Assembly (NCBI RefSeq): GCF_009914755.1
Contig: NC_060926.1
Reading direction: 5' to 3' (one strand)
From: the human T2T-CHM13v2.0 reference genome, Homo sapiens
Length of the DNA: 64,000 bases
The position numbers and the translations under genes are program-made. The notes beneath the pieces are model-generated. The model was not told the origin of the DNA. It was given only the letters and a program-made list of their open reading frames with translations, and searched no databases. Shown piece by piece: positions 54,242 through 64,000 of this stretch (position 1 is its first letter; the number at the start of each line of letters is the position of its first letter).

Positions 54242-55106
54242 TGAAAGGTCCCTTTCATCATGTTACTGTTGAATGACATGATCCATGCTCACTCTCATTT
54301 ATTGAGCATGTACTGTACATCAGGCATTGGGCTGGGCAGGGTTTTCCCAGAGTTTTACTTTATTCTCCTGCAGGGCAGGCATTTTTAGCCCTACTTTACC
54401 ACTTCAGAAGGAAACCGAAGAGAGAATATAAGTAACTTACCCAAAGACACACAGTTTGTAAGTGGTAAAGCTGAGTTCAAGTGCAAAATCATCTGACTCT
54501 AAAGCTTTTTCCTCTCTGCATTTAGCCTCCCCCATGTAAGTCCAGCACTGAAGGTCTTCATTGCACAGCCCCAGATGCCTTTCCAGCCTGACTTTTAAAT
54601 ATCCCCTATATAGTCAAAGAGCATTATGGAGGGTCTAGCAGGCTCAGAGGAAGTCAAGAGGAAAAAGGCAGTTCAAATATTTTTTTGTGGGGGAAGCAAA
54701 AAAAAAAGCACAACTAAACAAAGACATGGACATGGCATAAAGTAAGTGACAAATATCTGCTGAAGTGTCATAAATGTTCAGAGAAAAGGGATGTAGGTGA
54801 GAATGAGTAGTTAGGAAGTAGTTCCCACCAGAAGCCAGGGAGTGGCGGAGGCTTCAGGGGTGGAGCAAATTTGGACAAGAGAAGGATGCTCCTCATCTAA
54901 CACTTGATTTCATCGCTACCTGTTCTCTGCCATTTCTTCAGTCTCCCTCAACTCCAGATGACCCTGGCCTGCTTCTGCACTTCCCTGCATGTGCTTTCTT
55001 TGGACACTTCCTGCTTCCTCTCCCTCCCAGTGTGTAAAGTGCTGGATGGCAGGAACAGAGTTTTTCATCTTTTATCATCATCCACCAACACCTTCCTTCC
55101 TATGAC

Positions 55107-55140
<34 letters not shown>

Positions 55141-55147
55141 TACACAC
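55107..55147. repeat. (CA)n microsatellite
   Basis: Direct reading. Confidence 0.95.
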
Positions 55148-55320
55148 AGCATCTAGCACCATGCCTCGCTCACCTAAGACAGTCAATACTTGTGTGTTGA
55201 ACAAATGAAGCAAAAGGTCCTGAGTTCTTATCTCAGTTTAACAATTTCACAGGTTCTTTTGGTATCATTTCTCAGGTACTGTGCACATCCACCGCCCCGA
55301 AAGCATCCCAGACCAGGCCT

Positions 55321-55390
55321 TGATTGGCTGTCTGCTTCTGTCCATCCCTGAAAGATTTTGGGCCCCAGCTCCCCGCTCTATAAATAGTAG
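55321..55390 (+). promoter_or_regulatory. Promoter-like cluster: inverted CCAAT, GC-box-like, TATAAATA
   Basis: tgATTGGct 55321-55329; CCCCGC 55371-55376; TATAAATA 55379-55386. Confidence 0.3.
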
Positions 55391-57232
55391 GGGTGGCCCA
55401 GCCATGGTCCTCCTACCCATGCATAAGAATCACAGAATCTCCAGTAAAGCTTGTTAAAAGTCCAGGGTTGGCTTCATTTCCCAGAGATTCTGACACAAGT
55501 GTGGCAGCAGAAATCTGGATTTTAACATGTATCCCAGGGGACTTTGAAGAAGAGGGTCATTGGGCTGCCCTTGGAGAAATCCTATGCTAGGTGACCCAGC
55601 TAGTTTCTATGAATCTAGAATGGAAAAGGATGACAGACCCTGTGTGTGGGGCTCCCAAAGGCATCCAGTTGGGGACAGACCTCTCCGAAGCACCATCACT
55701 TTTTAATTTTCAGAGCCATCCACTTGAAACCTAATGACCCAGTGTGTTTGTGGCAGTGGGACAGTCAGCGTCCTGATCCCTCCTGGAGATGTGCTGATTC
55801 CTCAGGGCCCTTTAATGGAATGGATTCCTCTTGCCTTCCCTGCTGTGCGGCAGGGGCTGATCCTGAATTAACTCAAGATCTGTTTTTTGTTTGTTTTGTT
55901 CTTCAGGTGAAGGGGTTTCTATTTCTGATGAGGGTCCTCCTGGCTAAGACATCTCTTTTGGGAAAGCAGTGTTTGCTAAGCTCTTGGAGGCTCCAGGATC
56001 CTGGAGAGGGAGCAATATCCCCACTGAGCTGGGGAGGAGGCCTTTGTAGTGTCGACTTGCTGTTTGTGTTTCAGGCTCTAAGGGAAGGGTTGCTCCTAAT
56101 TAAAGGCATAAATGCTTTAATCCCTGGCCCGAGGGCTTCCCATAGCGCATTAGCCGTATTAGGAAGGAAATGGATTGTAATCCCTTTAATATAAGCCTGG
56201 AGGAACTTGAGGGCTTCTGATTGGGGAGAAGAATTTCCTCCTGTGATTTAACAATATTAACATACTGAATTTGCATAGGCAGAAATTTGGGGCCCAGCTC
56301 TCTCCAGGTTATGGTGGGAGATGTGGGAGTCACTCTCAGATGACTTTTGGGGTGTTCTTGTTCCTATTTCCATCGAATGAATGAAGGTTACAATAATTAA
56401 AGTCCTACAGCATACCAGACTAGGTGCTAAGTAATTGATACTTTTCTTCTTTAGTTTTCACATCCAACCCTGTTGTATATGTATTGGGCTATTTTCTCAG
56501 TATAGATATATAGATTTAGAGGTGAATATCCTCATTGGAGGTAGCAAGGGAGGAGGAGGAATGATGCTTGTTGAGGGCGTTTGGTGTGCCTCTGCTTTGT
56601 ATAACCTGTTTATTGGATCTTGTCCACACACCTTTTTTGCATCCTTTAAAATAACATTTATTTTAACATAACTGTGCTTCTAGAAGTACACTCATATTTC
56701 TATATGAGTGTTTTTTAAATAATATAATTTGGTTTATCTTACACAATTTGAATGCAAAATTTCTATGTGATTGAAACTTTAAAAAAACAAAAGCAGGATT
56801 TGTTTTCTGGGTTATTTTTTGTCTCTTACATATGTAGGAAAGATCCTCCCTTGCCTGCTGCTGAAGGAGACAATGAGAACCATGAAAACATTTACCCATT
56901 TGAACTTCAGAAAAATCACATGTATTGCATTGTAAAAACTTAAAAATTGGTACAACATGATGTTTTGCAGTGTTTCCATGATGTTTTGCAGTGTTTCAGG
57001 CAAGCTCACTCAAGTTCAGTTAACTATGTGGTAGTCTGGGGTGGAGGAAGCCTGTGCAGGCATTGAGGATTTCAATCTCAATGAAGAGGGCACTGAGCTC
57101 CTGGGAGTGAAGTGACTTGTCCACACTGCCATAACCAGCGGGTGGCTGAGCTGAGGGCCTAGCCACTCCTGCAGCTTGTTGCACTAACGTTGCTGCATTG
57201 GCACCAAAGCTAAGAGATTCTGCAGAAACATG

Positions 57233-57690
<458 letters not shown>

Positions 57691-57945
57691 TTAGTGTCAG
57701 GGCAGGGTTGCTCTGCAGGGCTACTTGGGAGGCTGTAGTACCTAAATTAGGGATATTGTCCATCCTCCCTGTTAGCTTCAAGTACCACCTATATCATCAG
57801 CAATTCCAGAGTGTATAACATGTTCAGAACTTTCTTCTCTGAACTATAAATCCTTCTGCCCATGTGTTTACTCGCCTCTTCTTGGAAACCACACAGGCTC
57901 CACAACTAGAATAGGACCCCAACTGCACTCATAGATTTATTCCTG

Positions 57946-58353
57946 GTATTAGTCCATTTTCTGTTGCTTATAACAGAATACTTGAAACTGGGTGCTTAAT
58001 AAAGAAAAGTAATTTATTTCTCATGGTTATAAAGGCTGTGAAGTACAAGGTCAAGGGGCCATATCTGGTGACGGCTTTCTTGCTGGTGGGGACCCTTCAG
58101 AGTCCCAGAGCAGAGCAGAGCATCACCTGGTGAGGGGCTGAGCATGCTGACGTGCTAGCTCAGGTCTCTTTTCTTCTTATAAAGACACCAGTTGCCCTCC
58201 CATGATAACCCATTAATCCATTAACCCATTAATTCATTAATTCATGAAGAGCCCTCATGACCCAGTCACCTTGTAAAGTCCCCACCTCTCAATGCTGCCA
58301 CATAGATTAAATTTCAACATGAGTTTTGGAGGGGACAATATTCAAACCATAGC
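57946..58353 (-). mobile_element. MST-family MaLR LTR
   Basis: gtattagtccattttctgttgcttataacagaatac ... caaaccatagca. Confidence 0.85.
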
Positions 58354-59954
58354 ACTTCCCAAACCAATGCCTCCTCCTGCCTTTCCCACCTCATCAAAGG
58401 ACCATCAAGCTCCAATGGCTTATTTGAGAAATCTGGGAATCTTTTTGACCCTACTCTGTCTTGCCACTGCCTCTTTCTGATAATGATTAAATCCTATGCG
58501 GTCTACTTTCCTAACGTCCCTTGAACCTACTCACTTCTCTCCATATCTACTGCCATCTCATCCAACTGTCCCAGCCATCATCATCATCATCCAGTGGCCT
58601 ACAATGGATAAAGTCAAAGTTCTTCCCATACGTGCGTGATGAGGTAGTATCTCCTCTCCAGCCTCATCTGGAGCTGCCCTTGTCCCTCCTGGCTCTGCTG
58701 CAGCAGAGCAGGCTCTCTCCTACACGTGGGAAGTCTATTTCCTGCCCTAGGGCAGTGAACAGAAGTCTCCTTCCCCTTTAGAACTGAGTTAAAATGTCAT
58801 TACTTGAGGCAAGTTTTCTCTGACCAGATTCCAAGACTGGATCAACCTCCGATACTCCACATTTTTTCATGGCACTTGTCAAAATTGTAATGAAAGACTC
58901 ACTTGTGTGATTATTTGCATATTTATCTCCCATCGTACTGTAACTTCGTAAGGACAGAGACCATTTCTATTTTATTTCGTTACCATAATTCCAGGCCCTT
59001 GCACAATGCCTGAGATACAGCAGGAACTCAAAAAATATGGGGGCAAATATTGGTTTGAAGAACACCAAGCACTTTCACAGACATATCTGTTGACTTCCTA
59101 CACTCTTTTCAGGTAGGTGTTACCTCTGTTTTACAGATGATCAAACTGCCTTTTATTAATCTTAGATGATTTACCCAAAGACATGAGGATAGCAAGTATC
59201 AGAATTTGAATTCAGGACTCCAAAAATGTACTTGGTAATATTTTTCTGAAAAATACATACTTGGGGCACAAAAATCACTTATGCCCCAGCTGTCTCCTCC
59301 ACTCTTATCCCTGTGGCCACTCTGTTCTTTGCCTTAGCCTTTGCCATCTCTTTCAGTTTTATTTAATTCACAAGCACTTCTTAAATCCCCATGCTTAAGT
59401 GTTGGTGCACTGAGGAATAAAAAGTAAGATCCAGCTCTTTCCCTCAAGAATCCCACAGTTAGTTAGGAGAAATAACTATGTGAGCACTCCAACCTTGAAT
59501 TTGTAGGTATTGTTTCAGCTGGCAGTTACAGAAACTCAACTGAAATTGGCTTTAGCAAGAAAAGGAATGTACTGGCTCACATAAACTGCGAAGTGTAGAT
59601 GTAGATCAAGCTTGCTTCAGGCATGGTTATATCCAGGGGCTCAGTGTTAGTCAAAATGCTGTTGCTGTTTCTATCTCTGGGATAGTCTTGTCTTTGTGCT
59701 GATTTTATTATTGGCCTGGCTTTCTCTACACAGTGGCTTCAGGCAGCCTCAGGCTCACATGGTTCTTAGTGCCTGCTGTTTCAGCTCTTCCTTCCCAAGA
59801 GCTAGGGATGGCACTCATCAGTCCAGCTTGGATCATGAGCCTCCCCCTGAATCAATCACTGTGGCCTAGAGAGTGGAATGTTCTGGTGGCAACATGCCCA
59901 TTTAGAGTTGGAGTAGGATCAGCACCACCCATGCCATGTGATCCCCAAAGGGGA

Positions 59955-60004
59955 GTGTCTTAGTTCATTTTTTGTTGCTGTAACAGAATACCACAGACTA
60001 GATA

Positions 60005-60046
<42 letters not shown>

Positions 60047-60720
60047 AAGGCTGGGCCTGGTGGCTCACGCCTGTAATCCTAGCACTTTGGGAGGCCGAGG
60101 CGGGCAGATGACTTGAGTTCAGGAGTTCCAGACCAGCCTGGCCAATGTGGTGAAACCTTATCTCTACTAAAAATACAAAAAAAGTTACTTCGGCATGGTG
60201 GTGCATGCCAATACTCCTAGTTACTCAGGAGGCTGAGGTGGGAGGATTGCTTGAACCCAAGAGGTGGAGGTTGCAGTGAACTAAGATCACGTCACTGCAC
60301 ACTTCAGCCTGGGCAACAGAGCAAGACTCCATCTCAATAAACAACAACAACAACAAAACCCAGAAGTTTATTTGGCTCACAGTTTTGGAGGTTAGGAAGT
60401 TCAAGGGCATGACAGCAGCTTCTGGCAAGGCCTTTTCATACTGTATCATAACGTGGTACAAAAGTGGGAGGGCAAGCGAGTACACGCAAAAGTGGCGAAA
60501 CATGAGGGGCGGCCTCACTTTACAACAACTGGCTCTTGGGTTAACTAATCCAGTCCTGAGAGAGTGATAACTCACTCACTATGGTGAGAATTAGCGCAGT
60601 CCCAAGAGAGTGGCATTAATCCCTCTTAACCACCTCATCAAATCTTAAAGGCCTCACCTCCCAACACTGCCATGCTGGGGACCAAATTTCTAACACATTA
60701 ATTCTGTGGACACACTCAAA
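59955..60720 (-). mobile_element. MST-family LTR with inserted Alu (60049-60357 +) and a long A run
   Basis: gtcttagttcattttttgttgctgtaacagaataccacagact ... cctcccaacactgcc. Confidence 0.8.
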
Positions 60721-61419
60721 GAAAGGCAGGAAATAATTATCTGAGGGGAAGTTGGCATTCCATTAAAGAAGAGGAATGCCAGAGATTCCCAGCCAACTCA
60801 ATCTCTTGACCTTGCCCATCATTCACTCCTTTCTAGGCACATGGCTGGTGATTCTTGTTCTCAGTGGTTCCTGCCTTTAGGCTTTGCACTAGCTGATTGC
60901 TGTGTCTAGAACCCCTTATTCTCAGATCTTTGCATGGCTGGTTCTTTCCCATGCTTCAGATCTCTACTATAACATCACCCTCTCAGAGAGACCTCCTTGG
61001 ACCTCCCATCTGAAGTGCCCACTAGTCATCCTCTTGTGCATCGCCTGGCTTATTTGCTCTATCTAAGGGAGGGTGACCTGCTTATTATTGTGTTTGCTCT
61101 GTGTTTTCATCTCACCAGAATGTAAGCAGAGATTTCCATCTATTTTTGTTCTTGAATCTATAAAGTTCAGAACAATGCCCAAACACAAAAGAAGTGCTCA
61201 GTAAATATTGGTTGGATAAATGAGTCTATGGTGGCACCTAGTGAGATAAAGGAAAGCTTTATAGAGGAGGTGTCCCTTAAAGAAGGTGGATTATTAAAAT
61301 TATATATATAATATATGTAACATATATGTTTAATATTATATATAAAATTAAATATACATATTTGTATATAATTACATAAAATATATAAAATACAAATATA
61401 TATACAATTTCATATATAT

Positions 61420-62320
<901 letters not shown>

Positions 62321-62599
62321 TCAAAAAGTGACATTTTGACAATTTTGAGCCAGGCTTTCAGGCAGCAGAGGCCTGGGTGGCAGTCTGTGGTGTGAAGTGG
62401 ATTTAGTCACACACAGTCTGATGTTGTAAACCACATGGGCTCTATTTACCTTCCTCTCCTAGGACTAGGAAGATTCTGTAGAGTATCGGAAAGCATTGGT
62501 TCATGTGCTGCCAGGATTCATGTTGGCTCTGGTGAGCCAGGGACAGGGAACTGACCTGCAGGCAGCCCAAGCAGCCACCTACTCACCTCACAATGACAG

Positions 62600-62735
62600 G
62601 GACCCTCATCATACAGGTCAGGGCTCAACTCAAAGACAGGCGTGGCAGTGGGACACAGCAACAGGACTCTCCATGTGGCAAGGGCACCTGGAGGTGGGAG
62701 GGCAGGAGCGTCGTCTTGCCCTGGCAGAAGAAGCG
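62600..62735 (+). promoter_or_regulatory. Possible TEX37 promoter / non-coding first exon
   Basis: Unique GC-richer sequence ~1 kb upstream of the ATG exon with donor-like sites at 62693 and 62735. The ATG exon has acceptors, so an upstream exon is required; its location is a guess. Confidence 0.3.
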
Positions 62736-63149
62736 GTAGGCTCTGTCTGCGTGGCAGCTGGTCCCCAGCCCTAGGAGAGAAGCTGTCTGTGAGCAAAAGG
62801 GAGGGGATACAGGTGTTGGTTGAGGTCTGGGCACCACCCTGCTGGGCCACAGTCTGCTGAAGAGAGTGGGGCTTAGGGGAGGGTTCCCTGGGAATGCAGT
62901 GGAGTACCCCTTAAGGATCTAGGGGCCACGCACACAAGGAGTCTGTGCAGCGAGGCCCTCGCTAGGACTTCAGGGCTGGAAGGGAGGGGTCAGTGTTAGG
63001 CCTACAAACTACTGTTGTTCAACTGGGAATGCAGAGTCTTGCAACTTTCTTCACCTTGGATACTCCCCTGTGAATCAAGGTGGCTCTGAGTCCTAGGCCT
63101 GGGCCTTCCTCTATCCAGGGGAAGTGCTGAGGCCTGGTTCAGAGGAACA

Positions 63150-63351
63150 TGTGAGCTGGAGCCAGTTCATACTGGCTCACAAGAGCCCATCCTGTGCATA
63201 TCTGTGCAACTCAGTGCCAATGACATTATGTTGATAGCCTGAAATGAGCCATGATAGGAGCATTTACACCACAGAAATTGGCAGATGCTATAAACCCAGG
63301 GCCTATTTTCCCTGAAAACATGGTTGTTAAACATTTACCAGCACTTCACTT
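63150..63351. mobile_element. MER63-like hAT-Blackjack element
   Basis: gctggagccagttcatactggctcacaagagcc ... ggttgttaaacatttaccagcac. Confidence 0.8.
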
Positions 63352-63650
63352 GCCCTAGGATCAGCTATACCTCTCAAACAGTAAACCTGATCAGTAAATG
63401 TGATCTTCTAAACAGCCCTCATTCCTCCTGAGTCCTGCTCCAGCCCCTTTGTCCCAGGGACCCTGGTATCACCACCAACCCCTTGATGATGGAGTGACAT
63501 GCAGGGTAGGAGCCCAGGGAAGATGGGGAGGAGTGGGCTAAGAAAGCTGGGGCAGCCATGCTTGGTTGGCACAGCTTGAAGATAGTGGCTACTTTCCTTG
63601 TCTGTGGCAGAGCAGGGCTAAACAACTTGTCTGTGTCTAGGTCGTTTGCC

Positions 63651-63677
63651 ATGGCAGGTGTGAAATACCCGGGACAG
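63651..63677 (+). CDS. TEX37: First coding exon of TEX37 (SPMIP9), a testis/spermatid protein; CDS continues beyond the window
   Basis: Kozak gccATGg, MAGVKYPGQ, perfect donor CAG|gtgagt, upstream acceptors at 63610 and 63640. Peptide recognised from memory as the TEX37 N-terminus. Confidence 0.8.
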
Positions 63678-64000
63678 GTGAGTGATGTGGGTTTCTGTCC
63701 CCTGTGACGGTCTCAGGGTTGGGTAGCCTCAGCAAGGCCCTGGAAGGGCCAGGCTCTTTCTAGAAGCTCATCTTTCTGTAATGATAGTTTTGGGTTTTGT
63801 GGGTTTTTTTTTTTTTTGGTACAAGAAGAAGAAGAGAACTGAGTTTTCTTCTTTATAATTTTCTGGGGGTTCAGTTATTTACTCAGCATGCACTTATTAG
63901 GCACCCACAGTGTGCCAGGCCCTGTCCTGGGCTTTGGGACTGCAGAGATGTCTAAGTACACTAAACCTGCTCTAGTGTACTTCATTAAATCCATCACAGT

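Noticed and set aside
55646-56194. 182-aa ORF
   Set aside because: GTG start, runs through a polypyrimidine tract, no recognisable protein features; only the internal acceptor is retained as a finding.
56956-56997. Exact 21-bp tandem duplication (similar short duplications at 5052-5075 and 30595-30640)
   Set aside because: Ordinary slippage duplications with no sign of function.

Overview
Primate, almost certainly human, genomic DNA. It is very Alu-dense (dozens of copies) and also carries L1/L2/MIR relics, MaLR/ERVL LTRs, DNA transposons (MADE1, Tigger4, MER3, MER5, MER63) and a solo LTR12C. Nearly all ORFs in the supplied track are Alu or low-complexity artefacts. The only intact coding sequence I recognise is at the far end: ATG GCA GGT GTG AAA TAC CCG GGA CAG|gtgagt (63651-63677, MAGVKYPGQ). 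From memory this is the N-terminus of TEX37/SPMIP9, which would place the window at 2p11.2 upstream of TEX37; this needs a BLAST check. The main hidden signal lies in the repeat-free islands from ~283 to ~33200 (+ strand): more than 20 AG/GT-bounded segments that chain with matching intron phases into a long protein-like frame, broken mostly by TGA stops, single-base frameshifts and TE insertions. This looks like the fossil of a large multi-exon gene (unitary pseudogene), with several segments resembling RGS-homology domains. Other notable structure: a tandemly duplicated 105-nt exon, a ~300-bp-arm inverted duplication disguised by four later Alu insertions (48851-50701), and a three-level MLT1>Alu>LTR12C nest.
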